A stretch of 64,000 bases of DNA from an uncultured Acidobacteriota bacterium (lineage in GTDB: Bacteria > Acidobacteriota > Thermoanaerobaculia > UBA5066 > DATFVB01). The translations under genes were made by a program, and so were the position numbers. How positions within the stretch are numbered: the first letter of the stretch is position 1; each line of letters starts with the position of its first letter. The stretch spans positions 64,001 through 128,000 of the forward strand of contig CAWEYG010000004.1 of the NCBI GenBank assembly GCA_963813155.1, given 5' to 3'. Positions 21,479 through 29,750 of the stretch are shown here, piece after piece. The notes under the pieces are model-generated. The model searched no databases, was not told the DNA's origin, and was given only the letters and a program-made list of their open reading frames with translations.

Positions 21479-22942
21479 TTGCCTGTCGCGGCAGTGCTGC
21501 TGATGACGGCGTTTGTGCCGCCGTCGTCTCTCCGGGCTTCTCCCTGGCAGCGGCGCGAGCTGCTGCGCTCTCCTCTGGCGATCAACCTGCACCATCCGGA
21601 CCTGCGATTTCTCGACGACGCGGGGCCGGGCGACCTCTCGCTGTGGGGAGGCAAGCTGCGCGTCCGCGCCCCCGGTGTCAGCGCGGAGACGGTCGCGTCG
21701 ATCGCTCCGGCCATCGAGGCGAGACTCCGCGGCTCGCTCGATTCGTGGGACGTTCCGTTCTCGGCGAGCGACCCGATCCGCCTGCTGATCGTCGCCTCCG
21801 GCGAATCCCCCTTCTCGGAGGTTTTCAGCCTCGCCGGAGAAGGCGGCGCCGACCGCGAGCCGGTGATCGCGTTGAACGTCACGGGGCAGACGGACGTCGA
21901 GATCGCGGCCGAGGTGGTCCGCGACGTGGGGTCTTTCGTGCTTCGGCGCCTGGCTCCCGGCGCGGACGAGGCGCTCGTCTTCGCGGCCGCCCGCGCCGTG
22001 TCGATTTCCGGCGACCTTCTCGACTCGGATCGACAGGAGATCCGCGAGGCGGGATCTTCGCCGGTCAACAGCCTCGAGCGACGCGAAGGAGAGATCTTCG
22101 CCGCGGCCTGGATCGACGAGATGGCGGCCGGGGCGGGGTCGAGCTTCGTTTCCTCCGTCTGGACCAGCCGCGTCGCCACGGGCGAGAGCACGCTGCTCGC
22201 GTTCGCCCGGGCCTACGCGGAAGCGACGCACCAGTCGCCGTGGGACGCGCTCCAGCGTTCACTGGAGCGAGATTACAGCCGGACGGAAGTTTTCGGCGAT
22301 CTCTCCCGCCTCACCGATCGCGATCGGGAGGCGGGCGTTCTCGACGCGTCCAGCCCGGCCCCGCTTTCCTGGAGGTTCTTCAGCGCCGACATCGACCCCG
22401 CCGCCGGAGCGTCGGCCGGCCTGAACGTCTCCTGGCCCGGCGACGCGGCGCGAGGGTTCGCCGTGCTCCACTACGAAGACTCCCTTCCGAGCGACGTCAT
22501 TCGTTTCGCGCCCGGAGAGTCGAAGACGCTGCCCCTCTCGGGCGTCTCGAGGATCGACTGGATCGTCGCGGGAGGCGACCGCGCGGGTTCCGCGCTGGCG
22601 TCGCCGGTGCCGATTTCTCCCCTCGAGAATTTTCCGCTTTCCGGGCTTTCGGCCCGCGCCGTCGCCGAGCCCGGCCAGGGTGTCTCGCTCGAATGGAGCA
22701 CGGCCCGCCAGCTCGACGTCGGCGGATGGGCGATCTTTCGGGCGGAAGTGGACGAGTCCGGCAGGATCGCGAAGTCCGCTCCGCAGTGGCTTCCTTCTTC
22801 GAGCGGGCCGCAGCAGCACTCGCTGTATTCGTTCGTCGATTCCACGGCCGTTCCCGGCCGTTACTATCGCTACGATGTCTGGGCCGTCACGGAAGACGGC
22901 GCCCTCTCCCGTTCGTTCCGGGAGACCGTTCAGGCGCGGTAA
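21479..22942 (+). CDS. hypothetical secreted protein with C-terminal FN3/Ig-like domain (start uncertain)
   Basis: Signal-like N-terminus; VSLEWST...WAIFR...YSFVDSTAVPGRYYRYDVWAV. Confidence 0.6.
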   Translation: MPVAAVLLMTAFVPPSSLRASPWQRRELLRSPLAINLHHPDLRFLDDAGPGDLSLWGGKLRVRAPGVSAETVASIAPAIEARLRGSLDSWDVPFSASDPIRLLIVASGESPFSEVFSLAGEGGADREPVIALNVTGQTDVEIAAEVVRDVGSFVLRRLAPGADEALVFAAARAVSISGDLLDSDRQEIREAGSSPVNSLERREGEIFAAAWIDEMAAGAGSSFVSSVWTSRVATGESTLLAFARAYAEATHQSPWDALQRSLERDYSRTEVFGDLSRLTDRDREAGVLDASSPAPLSWRFFSADIDPAAGASAGLNVSWPGDAARGFAVLHYEDSLPSDVIRFAPGESKTLPLSGVSRIDWIVAGGDRAGSALASPVPISPLENFPLSGLSARAVAEPGQGVSLEWSTARQLDVGGWAIFRAEVDESGRIAKSAPQWLPSSSGPQQHSLYSFVDSTAVPGRYYRYDVWAVTEDGALSRSFRETVQAR

Positions 22943-22972
22943 TCCGGATCTCGCTTTCGACGGCGATCGCCG

Positions 22973-24253
22973 TCAGATCGCCTCGACGACGACCGCTCCG
23001 CCCTGTCCCCCTCCGATGCACATCGTGGCGACGCCGAGCGCGACGTTTCGCCGCCGCATCTCCTTCAGGAGCGTCAGCACGAGCCGTGTGCCGCTCGACC
23101 CGACCGGGTGTCCGAGCGCGATCGCTCCGCCGTTGACGTTCGTCCGGTCGAAGTCGATCTCGCCGATCGGGCCGTCGAGCCCGTTCTTCTTCGCCCAGTC
23201 GGCAGAGCTCCACACTTTCGCGCACGCGAGCACCTGCGCGGCAAACGCCTCGTTGATTTCGAGCAGGCCGACGTCCTTCCACGCGACGCCGGCGCGCTTC
23301 AGGGCCAGCGGAGTCGCGACGACGGGCCCGAGGCCCATCCGAGCGGGGTCGGTGCCGGCGAAACCGAAGGACAGGATTCGGCCGATCGGCTTGAGCCCGA
23401 GGCCCCGGGCTGCTTCTTCGGACATCACGAGCGTGGCAGCTCCGCCGTCGGTGATCTGGGAGGAGTTCCCGGCGGTCACGGTTCCGAATTTCCGGTCGAA
23501 GTAGGGCTTCAGCTTCGCGAGCGCTTCCAGGGTCTGATTTTCGCGGATGCCGTTGTCCTGGACGGCGAGCCGGCCGTAGTCGGGCGGAATCGGGACGGGA
23601 ACGATTTCCTCGGCGAGCTTCGAGCGGGCAGCGGCCGCGCGCTGATGCGATCGCAGGGCGAAGGCGTCCTGTTCCTCCCGCGTGATGTGGAATTCCTTCG
23701 CGAGGATTTCCGCGGTCTGTCCCATGTTGAGATCGCAGATCGGGTCGGTCAGGCCCAGCTCGAGTCCGACGACCGGCCGGAAATCGGACGGGCGAAACCG
23801 AAGGAGCGCGCCGAGCCGCGCGCCCGCGCTCTTCGCGCCGAACAGGGCGAAGAACTTCCGCTTCGCCGCCTCCGAAAAGAGCAAAGGGATCTGCGACATC
23901 GATTCGACTCCGCCCGCGGCGACCGCTTCGTTGAGTCCCGCCTGGATCCGCAGAAAACCGTCCGCGATCGACTCCGCGCCGGAGCCGCAATTCCTCCCGA
24001 CGGTGAACGCGGCCACCGAGCGAGGAACCCCCGAGCGCAGCGCGATCACCCTTGCGATGTTCGCCGAATCCGCGGGAGTCGCGATGTTCCCGAAGATGAC
24101 CTCGTCGAGGTGCGCGGGGTCGAATCCGGTCCGGGCGAAGAGCTCCACGAGCGCGGCCCGTCCCAGGTCCGCCGCCGAGAGGTCGCGAAGGTCGGTGTTC
24201 GCGCGGCAATACGGTGTTCGCACGCCGTCGACGAGAACGACGCTACGCGGCAT
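22973..24253 (-). CDS. acetyl-CoA C-acyltransferase (thiolase)
   Basis: RNCGSG, TAGNSSQITDG, NEAFAAQ, NGGAIALGHPVG, MCIGGGQG. Confidence 0.93.
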   Translation of the reverse strand: MPRSVVLVDGVRTPYCRANTDLRDLSAADLGRAALVELFARTGFDPAHLDEVIFGNIATPADSANIARVIALRSGVPRSVAAFTVGRNCGSGAESIADGFLRIQAGLNEAVAAGGVESMSQIPLLFSEAAKRKFFALFGAKSAGARLGALLRFRPSDFRPVVGLELGLTDPICDLNMGQTAEILAKEFHITREEQDAFALRSHQRAAAARSKLAEEIVPVPIPPDYGRLAVQDNGIRENQTLEALAKLKPYFDRKFGTVTAGNSSQITDGGAATLVMSEEAARGLGLKPIGRILSFGFAGTDPARMGLGPVVATPLALKRAGVAWKDVGLLEINEAFAAQVLACAKVWSSADWAKKNGLDGPIGEIDFDRTNVNGGAIALGHPVGSSGTRLVLTLLKEMRRRNVALGVATMCIGGGQGGAVVVEAI

Positions 24254-26018
24254 GCGCCTTCTCTTCGTACATTCGGTCGATGAGGGTCTTGTATCTCTCG
24301 TCGATGACCTTGCGCTTGATTTTGAGCGTCGGCGTGATCTCGCCGGCTTCGATCGTCAGCTCGCGCGGGAGCAACGCGAACGCGCGGATCTGCTCGTGGT
24401 GGGCCTTGCCCGCGTTGTAACGGTCGATCTCGCTCTGGATTCCGGCGCGGAGCGAGGCGTCCCGATCGAGAGCGGCGGCATCGCCGGGCGCGGCGGAGGT
24501 CTTTCCGAAGTTCGGCACGATCAGCGCGGAGAGGAACTTTCGCCGGTTTCCGATGACGATCGGGAGGGAAATCCAATCCGATTGCTTCAGGGCGTTTTCG
24601 ATCGGCTGCGGGGCCGCTTTCTTGCCGCCGGAAAGCACGATCAACTCCTTCTTCCGGTCGGTGATCCGGAGAAAACCCTCCGAATCGAGCTCGCCGATGT
24701 CGCCGGTCGCGAACCATCCGTCGGCGTCGATGACCTTCGCGGTTTCTTCCGGCTTGCCGTAGTAGCCTTTCATGATGTGCGGCCCGCGCGTGAGGATCTC
24801 CCCGTCCTCCGCGATCTTCACCTCGACGCCGGGGACAGGTTTCCCGACCGTCCCGAGCCTCCACCGCCCCGGGCCGTTGACCGCGATCACGGGAGACGTC
24901 TCGGTCAAACCGTATCCCTCGTAGATCGTGACGCCCGCGCCCCAGAAAAATTCCGCGAGCTCCTGCGAAAGGGGGGCTCCGCCCGAAATCGCGAACTGGA
25001 AATTCGGTCCGAGGCGCGCCCGGAGCTTCGAAAAGACGAGCCGGTCGGCGATGCGGATCCCGAGGGAGGTCGGATCGGTCTCGCCGCCTTCGAGGCGGCG
25101 AAGGCGTTCGCGGCCCTTCCCGGCAGCCCAGCCGAAGATCGCGCGCTTGAGCGGCGATTTCGCCGCCTTCTCCCGGACGGCCGCGTAGATCTTCTCGTAG
25201 ACGCGCGGGACTGCCCCGAAGACGCCGGGCTTCACGATGGCGAGGGCGTCGCGGACCTTGTTGACGTCGTCGAGATAGGCGATGCGGCTTCCCTTGTACA
25301 GGTACGCGTAGTCGATCATCCGCTCGAAGACGTGCGACAGGGGAAGGAAAGAGAGGGCGACCGTGTCGCTGGGAAACGGAACGACTTCGCAGCAGGCAAG
25401 CACGTTGGACGCGAAGTTTCCGTGCGTCAGCACGGCGCCCTTCGGTTCGCCAGTTGTGCCCGAGGTATAGATGATCGTCGCGGGGTCTCCGGCGCGGATC
25501 CGTTTTGCGCGCGTCTCGAAGACGGTCGAGCCCATCTCGAGATTTCCGCGCCCCCGGTCCACCGTGCGCAGCCAGCTGTCGTATCCCGCCTCGGCCGGAG
25601 GTTCGGGGTCGATGGAAAGGACGTGCTCCAGCGAGGGACACTTTTCCCGGATCGACACCAGTTTCTCGAGCTGTTCCGACGTCGAGACGACGGCGATGCG
25701 CGCGCCGGAATCGTTCAGGATCTGGACGATCGGCTCCGCCGGGAGCGTGGGGTAGATGGGAACGGTCAGAGCGCCGCCGCACACGATCGCGTAGTCGGTC
25801 ATCGCCCACTCCGGCCGGTTTTCCGAGAGGATCGCGACCCGGTCTCCCGGCTGCATCCCGAGCGCGTTCAAGCCCAGGGAGAGGGCGCGGACCGTGAAGG
25901 AGAAGTCGCGCGACGCGATCGGTTTCCACTTCTCGCCGTCGCGGGCGAAGAGAAGATCCGGCCGGTCGGACCGCGCGGCAATCTCGAAGATGTCGTACAG
26001 CGTTTCGATCTCGGGCAT
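24243..26018 (-). CDS. long-chain fatty acid-CoA ligase
   Basis: IIYTSGTTGEPKG, LPLSHVFER, SGGAPL, GYGLTET, TGDIG, ITDRKK; likely start MPEIETL. Confidence 0.92.
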   Translation of the reverse strand: MPEIETLYDIFEIAARSDRPDLLFARDGEKWKPIASRDFSFTVRALSLGLNALGMQPGDRVAILSENRPEWAMTDYAIVCGGALTVPIYPTLPAEPIVQILNDSGARIAVVSTSEQLEKLVSIREKCPSLEHVLSIDPEPPAEAGYDSWLRTVDRGRGNLEMGSTVFETRAKRIRAGDPATIIYTSGTTGEPKGAVLTHGNFASNVLACCEVVPFPSDTVALSFLPLSHVFERMIDYAYLYKGSRIAYLDDVNKVRDALAIVKPGVFGAVPRVYEKIYAAVREKAAKSPLKRAIFGWAAGKGRERLRRLEGGETDPTSLGIRIADRLVFSKLRARLGPNFQFAISGGAPLSQELAEFFWGAGVTIYEGYGLTETSPVIAVNGPGRWRLGTVGKPVPGVEVKIAEDGEILTRGPHIMKGYYGKPEETAKVIDADGWFATGDIGELDSEGFLRITDRKKELIVLSGGKKAAPQPIENALKQSDWISLPIVIGNRRKFLSALIVPNFGKTSAAPGDAAALDRDASLRAGIQSEIDRYNAGKAHHEQIRAFALLPRELTIEAGEITPTLKIKRKVIDERYKTLIDRMYEEKAHAA

Positions 26019-26069
26019 CGCGCCTCCGGTTCGAACGATTGTAGCAGGGTGGGTTATTCTCTCGGACCG

Positions 26070-26611
26070 ATGGCGATCGCGCTTCTCCTCGTGACCGGCG
26101 CCGCGGCGGCCGGCTTCCTCGTGTCGTCGTATTTCGGCTTCGTGCTCGCAGCTCACGGGGCCCACGATCCGATGGTGAGGGCGCTCGTGACGCGCCACGT
26201 GCTGTATTCGATTCCGGCGGTGATGCTCTCTCTCTTCTCGCAGTCGATGGTGATCTTCTATTTCATCGGGACCGGCAGGCTCGTGAAGGACGAAGTGGAG
26301 AACTTCCCGGAGGCGAAGAAGCTGCCGGTGCTGCGAGCCCTCCGCCGATTCAAGGCCCGTACCTCGCCGCCCGCGACGTTTTCGATGCTCGCGGCGATCT
26401 TCGTCTTCGTCGTCGGGGGATGGGTGCACACGGCCCCGCCGGGAACGCGCGCCGTCGCGCACTGGACGCACCTGGGAGCGAGCGTGCTTGCGGTCGTCCT
26501 TCACCTCTGGGCCCTTTTCGCCGAGTACCCCGTGTTCGTCGAGAACAACGAACTGATGGCCGATCCGACGGCGTATGCAGCCGCGGGGGCAGGCGTCTCC
26601 CGTGGCCGTGA
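26070..26611 (+). CDS. hypothetical membrane protein (about 4 TM, His-containing); stop inferred via an indel in the G-run near 26590
   Basis: MAIALLLVTG... hydrophobic segments, SMVIFYFIGTG; TGA at 26609-26611 overlaps the next GTG. Confidence 0.6.
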
Positions 26612-27003
26612 AAAAGGGCGTCGTCGTCGCGGCGGCGATTTCCGTGCCGTTCCTCGCGATCGCCGCCCGGGAGGCCTCGAAGCTCCTGGCGGGGCTCTCG
26701 GACCCCGCGAAGTCGAGCCCCGCGTCGATTCTCTGGATCTTCGCGATCTTCGTCGTCCTCGCGCTGCTCTGGGTTTCGGTGTACGCGATCTCGCGGCGCG
26801 CGCAGCCGGCGTCGGACAGGCTTCCGTTCGCCGCGGCCGCCGCGATCGCGATGCGCGAGGCGAAGAAGCGCCCGCCGGCGGCAAAATGCCCGCGCTGCGG
26901 CCGCGCGCGGATCAGCGACAGCGTTTCGAAATGCCTCTATTGCGGGGCGGAGTTCGGTGGGCCACCGACGCCGGTGACCGGGCACGAAGCTCCTCGGGCA
27001 TGA
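26608..27003 (+). CDS. membrane protein with C-terminal zinc ribbon
   Basis: Two hydrophobic segments, then CPRCG...CLYCG. Confidence 0.6.
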   Translation: MKKGVVVAAAISVPFLAIAAREASKLLAGLSDPAKSSPASILWIFAIFVVLALLWVSVYAISRRAQPASDRLPFAAAAAIAMREAKKRPPAAKCPRCGRARISDSVSKCLYCGAEFGGPPTPVTGHEAPRA

Positions 27004-27014
27004 AGCGATAAAAC

Positions 27015-27048
27015 TTCCTTACTTGTGGTAAGGAATCTGTGGTAAGAT
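27015..27048 (+). promoter_or_regulatory. likely autoregulatory operator and extended -10 of the TA operon
   Basis: Inverted repeat TTCCTTAC-N5-GTAAGGAA (27015-27035), direct repeat TGTGGTAAG x2, TG-n-TAAGAT. Confidence 0.6.
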
Positions 27049-27055
27049 CGCGGCC

Positions 27056-27304
27056 ATGTCGAGCGCGAAGATGACGAGCAAAGGCCAGATCACTGTCCCC
27101 AAGAGGATCCGCGAAACGCTGCGGCTCGAGCCCGGAGACAGGATCGAGTTCAGCGCGAGTGCTTCGGGCGAGGTCGTGGTGCGGGCGAAGACTCGCTCGA
27201 TCACAGAGCTCTATGGCGCGCTGAGGCGCCCCGGCCGGCGGCCGGTGTCTCTCGCGGAAATGGAGCGGGCGATCCTCGCGGCGCACGGCAAATCGTCCAC
27301 GTGA
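27056..27304 (+). CDS. AbrB/MazE/SpoVT-family antitoxin
   Basis: AKMTSKGQITVPKRIRETLRLEPGDRIEF. Confidence 0.9.
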   Translation: MSSAKMTSKGQITVPKRIRETLRLEPGDRIEFSASASGEVVVRAKTRSITELYGALRRPGRRPVSLAEMERAILAAHGKSST

Positions 27305-27727
27305 TTGGTCTCGACACGAATGTCGCTGATCCGGCTGCTCGTCGAGGATGACGCGCGCCAGGCGAGGGCCGCGAAAGAACTGATCTCGAGCGCAGTGGCC
27401 CGCGGAGAACTACTGCGAGTCGATCCGGTCGTGCTGTGCGAGGTCGTGTGGGTTCTTCGGAGCGCGTATCGCGTGCCGAAAGCTCGGATCGCCGACGTTC
27501 TGGAAGGGTTGCTTTCGGCCGGCGAGCTCGAGATCGGAGACGCGGACCCGGTGCGCGACGCGCTCGAGGACTTTCGAGTGGGGAAGGGCGACTTCGCCGA
27601 CTACGTCATCGCTCGCCGCAACCAGGCTGCGGGCTGCGGGGTCACGGCAACCTTCGACCGCTCGCATTCCGGCGATTCGTCTTTTCGCGTGATCTCGCCG
27701 GGTCACCGAAAGCGCGGTGGAGGCTGA
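27301..27727 (+). CDS. vapC: PIN-domain (VapC) toxin; 1-nt indel near 27325
   Basis: GTG ATT GGT CTC GAC ACG AAT GTC = MIGLDTNV, continuing LIRLLVEDD...VLCEVVWVL...DFADYVI...TATFD. Confidence 0.85.
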
Positions 27728-27789
27728 GGTCGTTGCGGGCCTGGCGCGACGTCCCCGTGATCCGCGCCCGAAGCCCTCGGGCGTTTCGC

Positions 27790-28109
27790 TTACGTCCGGA
27801 GCGGCTGGAACCCGGTGATCGAGACCTTGTCCGCTACGCGGTCCTTGCCGTCGAGGTGGTACGTCACCGTAACTTCGTCTCCCACCTTCAGGTCTGACCA
27901 GGTCGCCTTTTTCTCGCCAATCAGGTAGGTCGTCTCAGCGGAGGTCTTGTAGCTCGATTCCTTGGTCTTCCATTTCAACGTGAAGGTCTTGGACGCATCG
28001 TTGACCGCGCTCACTTTACCGCCCTGCGGGGGCTCGAACGCTGCAACGACCCGCTGACCGCGAACAGGCAGAGGCAGACGAGAAGTCCCCAGGTCATGAT
28101 CTTTCGCAT
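27790..28109 (-). CDS. small secreted OB-fold-like (DUF5666-like) protein; one frameshift
   Basis: GAGGAGG RBS, signal-like MRKIMTWGLLVCLCLFAV, then GKVSAVND..KTFTL...DLKVGDEVTVTY. Confidence 0.6.
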
Positions 28110-28475
28110 ACGAGCCTCCTCTCTGAAAATCATCATCGCCAGTATACCCGCCGGGTGCGCGGTCACGGTCGAGGTGGTACTCGGACGACCCGCCGCGCAA
28201 AGTCTCGGTCAGGTACTCAAGCGTTGAAGGCGTTCGGTATGAGCTGACGCTGTCCGTCGTCAAGTCCGAACACGACCACCGGCCGTATTTGCTCATCCAG
28301 GATTGGCAGACCAGGGAGCTTGGAGGGCAACTCAGACGTCTCTCGCGCGCGGTGACGGCGCGGTGACCGACTACCTGACCTCCTCGCGTGCGCGCCGGTT
28401 TCCGTTTGACCGTAGTTTGACCCGGACACACGTCAAACTGGGGTCAACGGGGGCCGTGTTCACACGGTGCACGCA

Positions 28476-28510
28476 GAAGAAAAGAGGCGGGCCGTTAGTT
28501 TCGGCCCGCC
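28476..28510 (-). terminator. intrinsic terminator downstream of tRNA-Met
   Basis: GGCGGGCCG-N7-CGGCCCGCC stem with TCTTTTCTTC tail on the minus strand. Confidence 0.65.
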
Positions 28511-28539
28511 GATATTGGCGTAAAACCCTTGTCTTGAGG

Positions 28540-28616
28540 TGGTGGCGGCGGGGGGAATCGAACCTCCGACATGGCGCTTATGAGACGCCCGCTCTAACCA
28601 TCTGAGCTACGCCGCC
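28540..28616 (-). tRNA. tRNA-Met(CAT), elongator type
   Basis: GGCGGCGTAGCTCAGATGGTTAGAGCGGGCGTCTCATAAGCGCCATGTCGGAGGTTCGATTCCCCCCGCCGCCACCA; cloverleaf, G1-C72 paired, encoded CCA. Confidence 0.93.
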
Positions 28617-28695
28617 CGGAGCGCCTTTTATCACAGGCACGGACCATCCTCTCCCGCGACGCGCTGCCGGCCTCATACCCCAGCGACGTGCTTGC

Positions 28696-29022
28696 TCAGT
28701 ACGCCTCGGGCCCGTTGGGCTCGGGCGCTCGTCGCGCCGTCCGCGCAGTTGAAGTCAGTGAAGTGCTGGCGGCCGCGCGCCGGCGGACGAGGACGATGTT
28801 TCGGATGTAGACGAAGAAGCCGAATGCCTGCCCCGAGATGAAGACGGGATCTCTCCGCTCGATCGAGTAGGCGAGAAGGAGCGCGGCCCCCGCGAGAGAG
28901 AAATACCAGAAGACCATCGGTATGTGGCTTTCGCCTTTCCGTTCGGAGGAGATCCACTGGACGAAGAAGCGTAGGAAAAATGCGATCTGGCCGGCGAACC
29001 CCACGACAATCCACGCGCTCAT
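28696..29022 (-). CDS. lipid-A-disaccharide synthase N-terminal (LAB_N) domain membrane protein
   Basis: GFAGQIAFFLRFFVQWISSERKGESHIPMVFWYFSL...RRDPVFISGQ...YIRN. Confidence 0.85.
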   Translation of the reverse strand: MSAWIVVGFAGQIAFFLRFFVQWISSERKGESHIPMVFWYFSLAGAALLLAYSIERRDPVFISGQAFGFFVYIRNIVLVRRRAAASTSLTSTARTARRAPEPNGPEAY

Positions 29023-29750
29023 AGTTCCTCCCACTCGGAATGGACACGCCGCCGCAAGAGCCATCTCAAGCCCGCCAGGTCCGCGGCGGGCGAGAGGAGG
29101 CGATTGAAGAGCCCGTACTTCGCGCGCCCGTGGATGCGGGGGCGGTGGCGAATCGGAACTTCCTCGACGCGCCCGCCTTCCCGTCGAACGAGCGCCGCGA
29201 TGAATCGATGCATTCCGTTGAAGCGAACGATCCGCCGGGCCATTTCCGCCCGGATCGCCCAGAGGCACGTCCCGCCGTCGTGCGCGCCATCCCGCAGAAC
29301 CGTGCGCCTCACGGCGTTGGCAAGGCGTGAGCTGAGCCGCCTCACGAGAGGGTCGTTTCGCGCGGTTCGAACGCCGAGTGCCGCATCGGCCCTCGCCAGA
29401 GCCGCCAAAAGAAGCTTGATGTCCGCGGGGTCGCTCTGGAGGTCTGCGTCCATCACGACGATTCGATCTCCCCGTGCCGCATCGATGCCGGTGACGGCGG
29501 CGGCGGACTTTCCCTCGCGTCTCTCCCGGCGGAGCACTCGAAGCGCAACACCGGGCCTGCGGGTACGCCAGGCGAGAGCGCGGCGCGCGGTTGCGTCCGT
29601 CGAACCGTCGTCGACCAGGAGGATTTCGGCACTGGTCCCGCCCGCGCTCAATTCAGCGGTGAGCTCATCGAGGAGCGGCTCGAGGTTATCCTCCTCGTCG
29701 TAGGCCGGAAGCACGATCGAGACCTCGGGAGCCCGGAGGTCGGTGTTCAC
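29019..29750 (-). CDS. GT2 polyprenol-phosphate glycosyltransferase (ArnC/DPM1-like)
   Basis: SIVLPAYDEEDNL, VDDGSTD, MDADLQSDP, MHRFI, HRPR.HG.AKY. Confidence 0.9.
   Translation of the reverse strand: MNTDLRAPEVSIVLPAYDEEDNLEPLLDELTAELSAGGTSAEILLVDDGSTDATARRALAWRTRRPGVALRVLRRERREGKSAAAVTGIDAARGDRIVVMDADLQSDPADIKLLLAALARADAALGVRTARNDPLVRRLSSRLANAVRRTVLRDGAHDGGTCLWAIRAEMARRIVRFNGMHRFIAALVRREGGRVEEVPIRHRPRIHGRAKYGLFNRLLSPAADLAGLRWLLRRRVHSEWEEL

Noticed and set aside
23682-27011. 1109-aa + strand ORF (and similar long Arg/Pro/Gly-rich ORFs throughout)
   Set aside because: Antisense shadow of thiolase/ligase in high-GC DNA; only the part from 26070 looks like a real gene.
28140-28400. Integrase or other gene remnant next to the tRNA
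   Set aside because: No recombinase motifs in any frame I could read; left uncalled.
28540-28616. tRNA as initiator fMet or Ile2
   Set aside because: G1-C72 is paired and the anticodon stem lacks the three consecutive G-C pairs of initiators; the GGCGGCG acceptor fits elongator Met. Ile2 is less likely but not formally excluded.
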